The position numbers and the translations under genes were made by a program. Shown in pieces: positions 26,641 to 38,725 of a stretch of DNA of 64,000 nucleotides. The first letter of the stretch is position 1. Each line of letters starts with the position of its first letter. The notes under the pieces are model-generated. The model did not search any database, was not told the DNA's origin, and saw only the letters and a list, made by a program, of their open reading frames with translations. The stretch comes from Raillietiella orientalis (lineage: Eukaryota): positions 806,001-870,000 of the forward strand of contig JAYWIR010000053.1 of assembly GCA_036172245.1 (NCBI GenBank), given 5' to 3'.

Positions 26641-26654
26641 ACTCTGTCTGCTGT

Positions 26655-29600
26655 GGTGATCGGCTGAGAACTATTCTCCAGTCAGTAGGGTGATCTTCAA
26701 CAGGCAAAGTGAAGATTCCGGAACATCATCTCCTCTAAAGTGAGGGATGCTAGGCAAAGCACTTGGCCAGCCACTCGCCGTAGTGTCTGCTCATCTCGAG
26801 CTCCACGGTCTTAATCTCAACGCTGATTTAGGTCTTGGTCTCAACTTTCGACCTAAAATCGTAACTTCGCATCTCCAAGTGGCACGCGATTACCTCTACG
26901 GGAAGGCATTGCTCTTCCAGCATCCCCAATTACGGATAAAGCAAGCATCGCATACGCGTTGTCGTCCCAGCTGGAGCTAGCGTTTGCGAGTGCCAGAGGC
27001 TAAACGAAAACCTTGTTTAGTCGGCTGCTGCAATGCACAGCAACAGAATGCTCAAAAGTTTACAGTGTTCTGGGAGGATCAAATCAGTTGTAGCTCCCGT
27101 CATCGTGTCCCTCCCAGATGCCTTTGCTGCTGAATGTCCGTGTGCTCGCCGCTTGCAACTTACCTCCCAGTTCATCGAGGTCGGATTAAGGAACTGAGTC
27201 ACGAGGAAGCATAAAATGATCCTCCATGGATGATGCAACGATGATCCAAATGGCGTAGTATAGCGTTGATTCGCGTGCACGTGACCTAGGAGTCGACCGC
27301 TCTCACGTGCACCGCCGCTGCACCAACGCGCGCTCACGGCTTGAAGATCCACGACTCCAGCTCTGAGCGCAAGGAGATGTTTCTGCAATACAGAAAAACA
27401 ATGACTTGATGCCTTTCACGTTTCTTCGAAGTGCTGGACTGCATCTGTTTGCCATGCACTCTTCGATTCATCAATCATTGCTACTTTTGAAGAAACGTCG
27501 CTTCGCAGCCGAAGTGCCCTTCTCGGAAACAGAGCCATCCACTCACCGGTGCAGGTAGGGAGCTGTTAAAATGCCTCTCCACGATATGCTCCGAAGTGCT
27601 CGCAGATTGCAGCTTACAGAACGCCGTCGCTTCCAAGACCACGGAACCTTCTGGTGCACTCATTCTCCCTTCCCCCCTTTCTCACTGTGTCAGGAAATCT
27701 GAAGTCCCTAAAAACCGATGCTCCCTTCCTGGATTCTTACGCTTGGGAGAGTCAGATGCTTTGACCTCGCTTAGCGCTCAGGACTGCCGCATTCTCCCAG
27801 AATCGCAGATTTCGTGATTTGGCAGTTCCGCTCTCTGGGCTGCGGCACCGAAAGCACTTGCTCCCTGCCCCCAACCCACCTCACCCCTTGCAAGAGTGCG
27901 GAACCGTCCCTTCCGTGCTGGTACGCCGCGCGCCCAGCATCCCAGCACCGGCGCTTTTGAAACATTGCGATCGTTCGTCCCCTGCCCCACCCCTATAGAT
28001 CAGAGAGAGCCCAGTCCTTCTTGCGCAGCTTTCCGGAAGCGAAGGCAAGCATGAGATGCGATGAAACGGCTGGAAGGCGCAGGGCAGGACCTCTCTTCGT
28101 CTTGTGAAGGCAAAGCTTGATGCAGGGTCAGCAGAAAACGCAGATGCACCTCCTCAGGATCAGAGCCTGCTGCGACAGTTGGAGAGATTGGGCTCCTTGA
28201 CATTCGGACTTCCATTCTTGATTTCAATCTTCCTCTCTGCAATGCGACACGGAACTGGGCAGGATGGTTGCTATTGACTGAGAACCGGAAGATCTCAACC
28301 TTCGTCGTCACTGCAATCGTGGTGGTGATGAGCGTGAAAACTGGCAAGGTGAATTTCAAGAATGCTCTTTAGCTCTTTAGACATTAACGGCAGGTCATTA
28401 GTTGGTTCATCAACTACTATATCAAAGATCTCTCAGTTGATCTCTCAGCTTTAAGCTGCTCCGTAAAACTGTCCAGCTTTTCCTCACATCAGTGCTGTAT
28501 CCCTAGCTGCAGCGAAAGGCTCGCAACCATATGGAAAAAATTTCGGAGAATTTTTAACATGCCGGATGGCCAAGGAGTTGCACCCATCTCTACTTTTTCT
28601 CGTTGAGTTGAGAGCTTGGGCGAAGAGACTCACCACCTCTGTTCGAGACTTAAGACTCTGAGTTGGCAATGAGGATTTCTGCCAGGGATCTGAGGATGCT
28701 TCCTCCGGTTGCACCAAGTTTCACACTGACATCTTCCTACTGAAGGCTCCACCAGGCAAAATCCTAACCGGATCGTTTGCAGAGTAGTCAGCGGTCCAGC
28801 ACAGACCACATCCAGCCACCTCCTCTTCTTCCACCCTTCTTCCTTTTTTCTTCCTCTTAATTGTTTCTCCCTTCCTCCTCTTTTACATCCTCTCGTCTTT
28901 TTACATCCTTTTCCTCTTCTTTGTCACCTCTTCTATTCCTTGTCTCTTCCTCTCCCTCTTCACATGTCTTCGCAGATTCCTTATCAGGTTGACAGAAGCC
29001 GACATCGACAGGCAATCATTCCTCCAGTAGAAAAGGACAGAAAGGCTAGCGTTCACAAGCCACAAGAGTGAACTCGTCAGTGACATCTGTTTGAAAGTGA
29101 CTGGAAGACCAAGCGGAGCGATGGGAGAGAATTTTCCGCATGATTTCAGCAACCTTCCAGATTCTTCGTTATTAATAAACGAACTGGTACACAGGCGACG
29201 TTCAAGAGTGATGGCGCTGTTTCAAAGGACCGTCACTGCAGCTCCAGCTCGCAGCATCGGACAAAGGCAGATCTGCCACCGTTCCAAAAATTCTTAATTG
29301 AATTTTGGGCGCTGTCCAGGTCAGAAATCTCGGACCAGCCGGACTGCAGACTGATGCCGAGTTAGCCACTTGTCCGTGAGGCCGCCACCCTTCAGATGCA
29401 TCAGTGGTCGCCTGCTCAAGAGATTCTCAAATGGGAAAAATTTCCATGTGACCCTCAGCACATGCGGAAATAGTCGAACCATGGGAGCACGCATCCACGG
29501 GACGAACAAGCAAAGGTCAGCGGCCCGTGATGGCGACGCGGCAGAGCGATCTGGTGAAGAGAATCCACCCTGCAGCACTGGCAAGCGGCCTCTACCTGAA

Positions 29601-30431
29601 CAGTTCACGCAGTTTCACGGAAGAGGCAGAGATGAAAAGGAAAATCGCAGCCTCAGTAACCCTTACAGCACGTGGCGCTGGACTCTGAAGACAGTTGCTT
29701 GGAACATCTCACTGGACAGGGCAGCTCCGTTGCCTTGGAGCTCATTCGTGGGTCGATTTGAGCGCAAACCTGCGGAAAGCGTGAATGCGTCGCGAGAATG
29801 TCGTCGTTCTCTTCTCAAATGAAATCTTGCTGATGGAAATCCCGAAATCTCCACTCGTTGACAGCTGCTATATCCGCCTTTCACAATCCATCAACTGCCC
29901 GTCTCCCGGGAGACCCGTACCCGTTCTGCACCCGCCGCATTCTTCACGACATGTTTTTCAATCAGCAAGCTGCTTCCGGCTGAAAGGTGAGGCGAGTATC
30001 CCAGAAGAGGGTCACTGCAGCAGCACGGCAATCGACGCCCAAGAGGCGCTCGGCCCGTCGCAGCGGCTCTGCCACTAAGCCGTTGTGCTGTGTGGGTGAA
30101 TCTTCCGACATCGTTCTTTGAGCAGCGTGCATGTGGAAGCAGCGGTTCTTAGCTGCCCATCTCACGTAAAGGCAGACGACCACATCGAGCTTGCAGTCGT
30201 TCCGAGCGAGAAAGAATAGCTCTCCACGGTTCACATCCCCCCTCCGAACCTCCGGGAAAATCTATCCGAGGATTCCAAGACGCACGTAAGAAGGCTTGAT
30301 GTAGAAAGTAGTGCTGGAGAAGCTCTGCGGAAGGTCTTCATGAGACCAAGATTTGAAGAAGAAGAGAGGAAATATCAGTTTGCCTATTTATTTATTTTGA
30401 AGAAGCAGCAGCATGACGGTTGTATTCACTC
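26655..30431 (-). mobile_element. 5' half of the old host LINE (5' UTR, ORF1, EN)
   Basis: 30335-30431 (minus) matches the 5' end of the full-length copy at 34178-34275. ORF1-like LWLVNA..YWRNDC and a K/R/E-rich segment are present. EN traces: RNVKGI, AGVVDLQAV, DAGRAM..ATWR, and FSADH (SDH motif) at the insertion junction. Confidence 0.6.
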
Positions 30432-30952
30432 TTCCGGCTGGGCAGCCCTCCTATAACCCAGCTGGGTTTGCTGGATTTGAAGACGGTCCACTCCTTCCAC
30501 TCGCAACGTCGCGATTGCAAGCTCCAAGCTATGCCTTACGCTTGTGTTGAGGGGACCCCTTCCTGTTAGAGGAAGGTTGGCAGCTGCCTCTGTCTTTCCG
30601 TTGCGGCAGCGACGCTCCCGCTTAGAGAGTGGCTCGTCGAACGGACGTCGGCTCGTCAGTTCTGAAAGTCGAGAAGCAGCGACGCCTCTCCCTTGAAAGG
30701 CCAGCAGCCACCTCACGTGGAGATGGTTACCAGTGGCCCAGGGTGATCGAAAATCCTTTGGAGTTCTGTTTTCGCTGCTTTCCTACCAGGTGTTTTCTAT
30801 GTTTTCGTTTTTTTTTTCTTTTTTTGGTTCCCAAGGAGTGAAGAAGAGCCGTTCGCCTCCTTATGAAGGAAGGGAGAGAACAAAGCTCTTCAACAAACTG
30901 CCCATCCCACCCGAGAGTGCGTGTGATCCTTCAAGTGGGAGTGACCCGGAGG
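30432..30952 (+). mobile_element. Module B, 5' part, cut by a LINE 3' end
   Basis: 30750-30950 aligns with 55310-55470 and with the reverse complements of 1440-1625 and 62047-62200. Confidence 0.8.
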
Positions 30953-31270
30953 TTTGTATCCGGTCACGTCGAAACGTTCATTTTGCAAAAATAAAACAAA
31001 CCACAAGTTAGAGGAGAAAAGTATCCCCCAAAGAACACGAAATGCCGATATAAGTTCATCCGGGGTAAACACCTGCACGGAGGCCGGCTTCCAAAAAGTA
31101 GGAAACGGAGAAAAGGGACAATAGATAAATAAAAAAAGACGGGAGAATGGGGACAGGGGTCTTTGGTATGAGACGTTACTTCCTCTTTAGAAGCGGCTGT
31201 AGACGGTGGCGATTTTCCTGGCTATTTCTTGTAGATGAAGCCACCTTGCTGCGGTCCTTATGAGAGTTGC
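30953..31270 (-). mobile_element. LINE 3' terminal fragment
   Basis: Similar to 21120-21270; degenerate terminus aatgaacgtttcgacgtgaccggatacaaa. Confidence 0.7.
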
Positions 31271-33650
31271 TGCCATACTGTTGACCTCCATTTACCGCGA
31301 AATTGATTCCAACACTGACGGATTGTCACAATGGCGCTGATGCAACCGCCTGTTGCGATCACCGCGACTTTACGTTCATAAGTCCGAAGCAGACAGACGT
31401 ACGCTGTTCCCGGCCGATCGATCAAATCCAACCTGCTCCTCGCGCGAATCCGGCTCGCATTGCCGCAGTGGGGTGACACAGCAGACCGAGGGAATCCTCG
31501 ATTCCCCAAGAGCTAGAGACAGGCAGCTGCCATGCCGTGGGATGCGTCGGGAGCCCTTGCGATCGCGGTTGATCTGCGCAAAGCGTTCGACTGCGCCGAC
31601 CAGGAGATCCTCCTGGATCTTCTGGAACGATTGGGATTCCCGAACGTCTTCCTGGTCTATCTGCGCTCCAGCTGGCGCTTCGCGTTGATACATGTTTTTT
31701 TCCAGCCGCCGGCACGTGTACGGCATTCCTGTGCGAGACAGGGAGACAGCCTGAGCCCCCTGCTCTTCAGCACCTACTTCGAGTTGCTGCTGAGGGCGTA
31801 CAGGGATATTCTGGTTTCCCAGCCGAGCTCGCGCGCCGGTATGCCGGCCCTGTCGGCCTATGTAGATGACCTCTTGCTGCTGCTCCCCGTGTCTTCCCCT
31901 GCAGACGAAATCGAGGATTTCTCCGAGATACCAAGCAGGGAAGCGGGCATGGAAGTGAACAGAAAGAGGTCAAGCGTGTGTCCGGTCGGCGCGACGTGGG
32001 CTGGGCAGTCGGACTGGGTTCGTTTGGAAATCCCCACGGTTCGGTACTTCACGTCCCTGAACGGCGTGCCGTTGGGGGAAGTTTCCCTTACGAAAGCGTG
32101 GTCCGGCTGTCTCTAGAAGGCAGAGTCGGCGCTCGGTCCGTTCGAAGAAGGCAACTTCCGGTTGCCGGAGCGCACCGTCATTTGGAACATTTTTGTGGCT
32201 GCCGTCCTCCGACTTCTGCTTTTTGTTTGCCGAGCTCCTCCTGATGTGGAGGAAAGGACGAAGGGCCTCCTTCGTACAGCCCTCCGAGGCAATGGGAGGT
32301 CCCGAGTCAAATTAAAAGACTTGTGCGCTCCTCGTCGCGACGGAGGACTTGGACTACTGACGGTGGAGCGCACGAAAGTTCAACTGAACTCTCGAAGACT
32401 AACACAGAACTGGGCTACTCATTGGTGCGCTCCTGCACGTTTGCTCTCCCGGCTGGTGGTCGGTGTCGAAGGACTCGCAACCCTGTTTGCGTGTCACCAC
32501 CACCGGCTCCCATCTTCAGGCTTCCCTCTCCGTTGTGTCGCTGCTCTGGTGAGAGCGAACACGTGGATTTGCTGCCACCCTGCGAACACTCCGACCTGGC
32601 GGCAACAGAAAGTGAGGATGTGGACCAAGCTCAACCGGGTCCCTCCAGAAGTTATCCGCTGCTGAGAGTTTCAGAAGAATACTGGAGGCGGTGGATAGTG
32701 AGCTGACTATGTTGGCCTAGCCACCAGCCACCCCCTTTGCCGCAGCGGTGCCCTTCGCTGTCGGGGTACATGGCATCTGCCTACCGGCGAAGCGGGAGGT
32801 TTCCTGCGAGATCTCGGACCACAGGAAGTCTATTGGTGGCTGGACTACGAGACAGCTGGCTGACTCAGCAACAGCAACACTCGTCTCCAAAGGGCTGGAA
32901 CATTGGAGCGAACTCTTCTCCATTCGGCCCGAAGAGTCGGAAGTGCCCCCGTTATTTATGGACAGCAAGCTGCTTCCCCTCAAACGACAGCAATAGGCGC
33001 TGCTGATATTGCTCTGGGGTCTCCCGTGCAATGCGCTCCAGCACCACTGGACGAGAGGAAGCGCCGAACTGTGCCAGGTGTGGAGAGAAGGAGACCTTCC
33101 TCCAACTCGTAGTGGGAACGTGGCCCTCCGGGACTTGTGGGAACATTTCTCTGCGTCCCTTCCGCACCCCATGGATGATCCCAGAGACTCTTTGAGACCT
33201 CTCTTCGTGAGGGACACCGTGACGCCCGCAGTCGCAATCGCAGCGCTGTGCTGCGTGCGCGGTGTCGTTGCGGCCAAGTGCGTCGCCGAGAGACGTTGGA
33301 GCTGTCCTGCGTGCCATCCGCTTCCTGGAGAAAGCTTGTAGTTGGCTCCACCTGGTAAGGGGGAAGGAGGAGCTCTCCCGCATGCTTCAACAGATGCAGA
33401 GGCCACACCCTGCATCGAAATGTAATCCTTTCCCTTCCCCCCAACTAATTTTTTGGTTTTGTTAGTTTTTATTGTTTGTTATAGTTTGTTTCTTTTTTTT
33501 TCAGTTGTTTTTTATCTTTCTTCCCCTTCGCGGATGTGATGGACCTCGCCAACCTTCTAGTTTTAGCGTAATAATTGCAATGGGTGAACTTTTTGCTCCA
33601 TCGATCTTCCTAAGAGAAATAAATGCTTCGGCGCAAACTGGGTGTTAAAT
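31270..33650 (+). mobile_element. 5'-truncated LINE (RT to 3' end), pseudogenised
   Basis: YAVPGRSI; GALAIAVDLRKAFDCADQE; RQGDSLSPLLFSTYFE; SAYVDDLL; LKDLCAPRRDGGLGLL; LWGLPCNALQHHW. AATAAA at 33618. Confidence 0.95.
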
Positions 33651-33654
33651 CACA

Positions 33655-34177
33655 GCGCCCGTCTTGAGCCTGCGCCCAGTGATGAAGCGCCACAGCAAGT
33701 TTTCAACTGGCAATAATCTCGCAACACCTCCGCTGCGGACCTGCTGTCCGTAGCGGTGTACTGAGGCTGTCGGAGCGCCGAAGCAAGCTCGTGCCACAAG
33801 TCCTCCAGGGCATTGCGGTCCAAGAAGAGGTGCGACCTTAAGCAGTTCGGGGAGACAACTCCCCTGAAAAGCAGTTGCCTTGGCTGGCTGCACTGGAATA
33901 TCTAGTGCCTCCACAGCAGGATATCCTGTTTCCACCGTGGTGAGAACACGGTGGTGCTCTCACCACAGAGGGAAGGCACTATCGGTTCTTAGGTGACACA
34001 CCAAGAAGCTCCAGCTCCTTCCGTCGGAGGGACAAAGGCGCTGCGAACTTTCCTCTAACAGAAGGGGGTCCTCTCAGCATAGGCGGAAGGCTTAGCTTGG
34101 CGTTTGCACTCGCGACGCTGTGAGCAGGAGTGGATCGTCTTCGAATCCGGCTGACTCCGAAAGCTGCGCAGTCGGAG
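33655..34177 (-). mobile_element. Older antisense LINE fragment, continued at 40320-40620; host of the full-length copy
   Basis: Aligns with 21400-21650 and 46400-46700 (zf-RVT region); 40320-40600 aligns with the adjacent 46770-46930. Confidence 0.7.
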
Positions 34178-34523
34178 GAGTATATGAAACCACCATGCTG
34201 CTTCCTCCCTAAAATGAATAAACAGGTAAACTGTTGTTTCCTTTCTTTTTCCCAATCCTGTTCTCATGAAGTCGCGTTGTGCCGCGGTCGGACTCGGACG
34301 TGTTTTGTTAGCGCTCCCGACTCCCGGCTTTACTTAATGTTGTCGCGTTGCTTCAGTGTGGAGGAAATGCAGAAACGCCTGAATTCATCACGAAAAAGGT
34401 CGATGGGACGTTATAAGATCGTCCTCAGTACCGAAGCAGGTGGGTGCATCCACTCCCGAAGCTTCACCCCCCGCGCCGGCGAGGGAATATAGCGTCGTTG
34501 TCTCCGCGCCCTCTGCAGCGGCC

Positions 34524-35917
34524 ATGGAGTAGGCCGAGGTCTACAAGGTCTACGGATACAACCCTAGTCTACTATACAAGGTAGACAGGGTTTTCGACGA
34601 TCGCACTGTACGTTCCTTCAAGGAGGAGCTGTGCAGATAGAACGTGAGGAAGGAAGACGTCACGGGGTTCACGATCAGAGAGGGTAGTCAGCACGTAGAG
34701 CTGACCTGCAGGGAGACGGGTCCAGCAGAAGGACTGCTGCGAACCTCCGTGAAGATCGAAGGCTGCCATGTTTTCCCCGTTCCGGTGGACGACTTCACCT
34801 AAGGGGCATTACCGTACGGATGCTACCGAAAGCCGTCCTGACAAAATTCGGTGCCGTCCACGCGCTTTGGGCAAAGTCCAACAGATTCTGCGTATTTTAC
34901 TGGATCTTTAGCGAGCTCGCCGCCGTGGGCATCACAGTGGCAAAGGACGCGTGGCTTCCCCATAAACCGATGGTCAGTGCAGAACCCATCGACCTCTGGT
35001 ACTTGGAGAGGCCCAAGTACTGAGGCAATTGCGAGGTTATGGGGCACCTCAAAAAAAGATGCCCCCAAACCGCATGCCACCATTAAGATACGAAGAGTCA
35101 CACCGAAGAACTGTGACCCAAAAAGGTTCCGCGCGGTCCGGCTGCTACGAGCGGCAAAACAAGCGCGGACGCGGAAAAACTTGACAAAGCTTGCTCAAAG
35201 AACAATAGAAAGGCTGACCTGAGACCAGCCAAAAAGGTCACGTCGACCACTTCTCCTGCGGAAACTCAGGCTGCCGAAGTGGAAGGAGTGGAGCCTGGCT
35301 GGAAAAATGGTCAGCTACAAAAAGAAAATAAGAACAAAAGTAAATGGACCTCCAAAACTACCGCAAAAAACGCGATCTCAGAACTTAAAAAATGCATGCA
35401 TAACCTGAAGAGCATTTCCGTCGCTGCGAAGCCGTGCAAAATGGCCGTTGCCGTGTACAACAACCCCGACAGCTCAGCGAGGGTCAGCGAGGGGGAGAGG
35501 CGCGAGGACGCGGCCTTCGCCAGAGCGACAGTGGAGCTGGCTGCCATGGTACGGCAGTCTGCCAAGGCAGCCAAGAAGGCCGACAGACTTCCGGTACCCA
35601 GGAAGGGGTGCGGGACCTCAGACTCCGATCCAGTGGTCGGAAGCTCATCATCCGCGTCTACACTCCCACGGAAGCCTGGACGGAAGTTCAGGAATCCCAG
35701 GAGGATCGACTCTTCCGAGGAAGGGGAATCCTCCGGAAACGAGAGTGCTGCGAACGTGGAAGCTCAGGACTCGTCTCCTGATTATCTCCCACGCTCAAAT
35801 GCGGTGGAGCTTATGGAAGCGGAGGGCGTCGCCGAGGTGCTCTCAGCCGCAGGGGACCACAGCAGCCCCCCTTCCGAACCGGAGGCGGGAGCCGCAGCAT
35901 CACTTTCCCAGCAGTAA
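34524..35917 (+). pseudogene. LINE ORF1 (gag-like nucleic-acid-binding protein), disrupted
   Basis: ATG at 34524; DLWYLERPKY*GNCEVMGHLKKRCP is a CCHC knuckle with the first Cys mutated; basic and then S/E-rich tail ending at TAA 35917. Confidence 0.8.
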
Positions 35918-36420
35918 TGCCGGGACTGCCGTCGACTACGTGTTGCTAGCTGGAACGTCAACAGGCTACGAGACGAGACATAACTCCGTCCTGCAACTCT
36001 TCGACCTTGTGCTCCTGCAGGAGATTCAGGAGATCTCGGCAGAACATGGGAGAGAGATCAAAACGATAGCGGGAGGTCAGCTCCGCTAAGATCGCCATTT
36101 TTCTTATCGCTTCTCGGCCTTTTGGCTAAGATCAAAGTAGAGGTCAGCTCCTGTGGTGTTGCGGTCCCGCTGGTCGTGCGGGGTCGCCTTCCTGCTCAAG
36201 TCTGCTTGCAACGCGCAGTGCAAAGCATGCGTTTCGATGAGGCAGTTCAGGTCGGTCAAATCATCTTCAGGTGGACTGACTCGATCGACCTCGTTATTAC
36301 GAACGTGTACGCACCGATCGGTGGCTGCTCTCGCACGGCACGGAGAGCATTCTTCCGTGCCCTGAAGCGCGACTGGCTGGCGGAGACAGGCGTGCGCAAA
36401 GCACACCTGATAGCCGGTGG

Positions 36421-36528
36421 TTTCCTAGCCTACGTGCCTGTGGACTCTCTCTTCCTTCTTTTGTTGTCTTGATGGGGAACTTTGTCCCCGACCGGTCTGA
36501 AATAAAGTCCCGGCGTAACCGGTAACTA
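36421..36528 (+). mobile_element. ~105-bp 3'-terminal micro-insertion splitting the EN AGDFN motif
   Basis: AATAAAgtcCCGGcgtaaCCGGtaac at 36501-36526; the host reads gccggtgg|tttc ... tttcaac; only a short tttc duplication. Confidence 0.75.
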
Positions 36529-37517
36529 ATTTCAACATCCGCCTGCTGTTAGGTGCGAAGAAAAAAGAGGCCACCCCGGTTGACCAGATGTGTGATATGA
36601 TGCACGCGTCCAACTTGTTAGCCGGGAAGCCTGGGATGGAGGGAAGCGTGGACCGCGTTTACCTCGACGAGCACCTGCGCTCCCGGGTGCGGAGACGAGG
36701 AAAAATACCGTTCACGCTTCCCGACCACTCCCAGGTGGAACTTGAAATTCTTCCGCATGACGGGGGAGCCCCCCATCACAGGCGTGGTGACTTCCAAGGG
36801 ACTGGCTGAACATGCCAGGTGCAGCGGAACACCTCCTCGCGTTCCAGAAAGGTTGCAGCGTGCAGATGCTCGACGACTGGGACGATTTGAAGGTTTCGGT
36901 CCGGGAGTTCTGCGAGCGTTTACCCCTGGATTGTTTCCTCAGAGAATTCGGAGAGGATGTTCGGAACGGAAGAGTGTACTTTACAAGCTCTTCGCTACAA
37001 CCGAACACCAGACATCCTTCGACTAGCAGTGTACAAAGCCGGGGCCGTGAGGCTAGCCTGGCAATCCCGGTCGGCCAGCTTGCTGGACGACGACGGTCAG
37101 GAGCGCTTGAACCCTGCGGCGGGAAAGCACTTAGTGCGAAGATTTTACTCCTTTCAGGGGCACCTCCAGAGCGGGGCATTTTTTGGTTCTTGCTTCCGGA
37201 AGGTGTCACAGCAATCGGGTAGAAGAACAGAGCACGCCACGACGAGCCTTTCAAGATGCATGAAATCATCACCACAATCTGAAAGTTCGAGAGGCAGAAG
37301 GCTCCAACAAGACGGCCTATCCGCGGAGTTCGTCCAATGCTTGGCGGTTCAGCTGACCTCCTTGGTGCAGCGCTGAACGTTGGTGATTCGAGAGACAGGA
37401 CACTTTCCGCCTCCTTTCGATCGGCACGGATGCATCTCTTCCCGAAGGGACTTGACCTAGGAAACGTGAGCAACTGCCGTCCGATCACCGTGTTGAACGC
37501 GGACAACAAGTTGCTGG

Positions 37518-37596
37518 TTACCACCCGGTCACTCCGGGGAGTTCATTATAAAGTCTCTATAAACTTGTGGTATGAGAACCCACTAAGTCCAAACGC
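37518..37596 (-). mobile_element. 79-bp 3'-terminal micro-insertion with 11-bp TSD caagttgctgg
   Basis: TSD at 37507-37517 and 37597-37607; the minus strand ends aatgaactcCCCGGagtgaCCGGGtggtaa. Confidence 0.92.
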
Positions 37597-37828
37597 CAAG
37601 TTGCTGGCGAAACTAATCGGAGCGATTGTGGTGGGTGGCACAGTCCGTGATTAGCCCGGAGAAGACCTACGCTGTTCCCGGGAGGAGCATGGACGCCAAA
37701 CTGCTCTTCGCGAACATCGGGTTCCAGTTCCAGCCGACAATTTCAAGAGATTTTGCAGGTGGTGGGCGGAACGGTCGGGAAGGGGAGGGGGCCCTTGCGA
37801 TCGCAGTCGACATGCGGAAAGCAGTCGA

Positions 37829-38725
37829 TTTTCACCCGGATTTCTCCGGGTCGTTTATTTAAAAATAAACTTTGTAAAAAAGATGTCAATGGCTGCAGCA
37901 ATGCTCCAGCCACGAGCGAAGAACCACGGAGCCTGCCAGGTCACCAGTTCGCAGACCGGTACGGTCCACCAAGGCAGCAGGGGAAGGGGGAAAAACAAAA
38001 AACTAAACAAAAAGAAAAAAAAAAGAGAGTGGGGTGGTACGGAAAGGGATCACTGTTGCTGCTGGGGCCGCATCATCCTTCTCAGGATGTCGGCAAGCTC
38101 TTGCTGTATTTGAGGATCCAGGTGGGGCCATCGCGACGCCCTCCTCAGGAATTGGGAGGCGCACTGGATGGCATCCTGATCGCGTGGTCCTCCCGTAGCC
38201 GTGCTCCATGCGGTGACGATCCCGCGAAGGCAGCACAAGGCCGCTATCAAGGCCGCTGGCCGGAGGGCGTCGGCAACGAAGAGGGCTTTTAAAGCGTCCC
38301 TGGGGTTGCCGCAGGGGATTCCGATGGCCGCGGCAAAGCGGAACCAAAGGGGCCGAAGGACAACACAATCCACAAGCAGGTGGGGGAGGAACTCCCGTTC
38401 CCCACACCTAACACAATTGGGATCCGCCGCTCCCCAGGTCCAATGATGTCGGCGGGCATTGCAGGGGAGTCCCCAATGCTGCAACAGTAGAGCCGACTCC
38501 TGTGGAGAGACACTCGAGTGCATCCTGCTTCCCTAGGGAACGGCCGGTTTCCGGACATGGAAGCGGCGTGCGGGAGGAAGTCCACGACTTTGCCCAGGTC
38601 TAGTGCTTCGGTGGGAGGAATGAAATCGGCGCCATAGGTACTGCCAGGGCCCACTCGGAAAGTGGGGCAGCAGCACCGGACGGAGACAGGGCCAAGGAAA
38701 GAAGAGAGGATTCCTCTTTGCCTCC
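37829..38725 (-). mobile_element. 897-bp LINE 3' fragment with 14-bp TSD cggaaagcagtcga
   Basis: TSD at 37815-37828 and 38726-38739; encodes QHWGLPCNARRHHW..PNCVRCGEREFLPHLLVDC..RWPHLD; terminal hairpin at 37829-37859. Confidence 0.96.

Noticed and set aside
17598..27995. hAT transposon bounded by TAGGGGTG / CACCCCTA
   Set aside because: Only an 8-bp match, no 8-bp TSD and no transposase; the right end lies inside a LINE remnant.
30820..30845. Primer-binding site (TGGTTCCC) marking module B as an LTR element leader
   Set aside because: Not conserved in all copies, no LTR end precedes it, and module B is followed by APE-like rather than gag-pol sequence.
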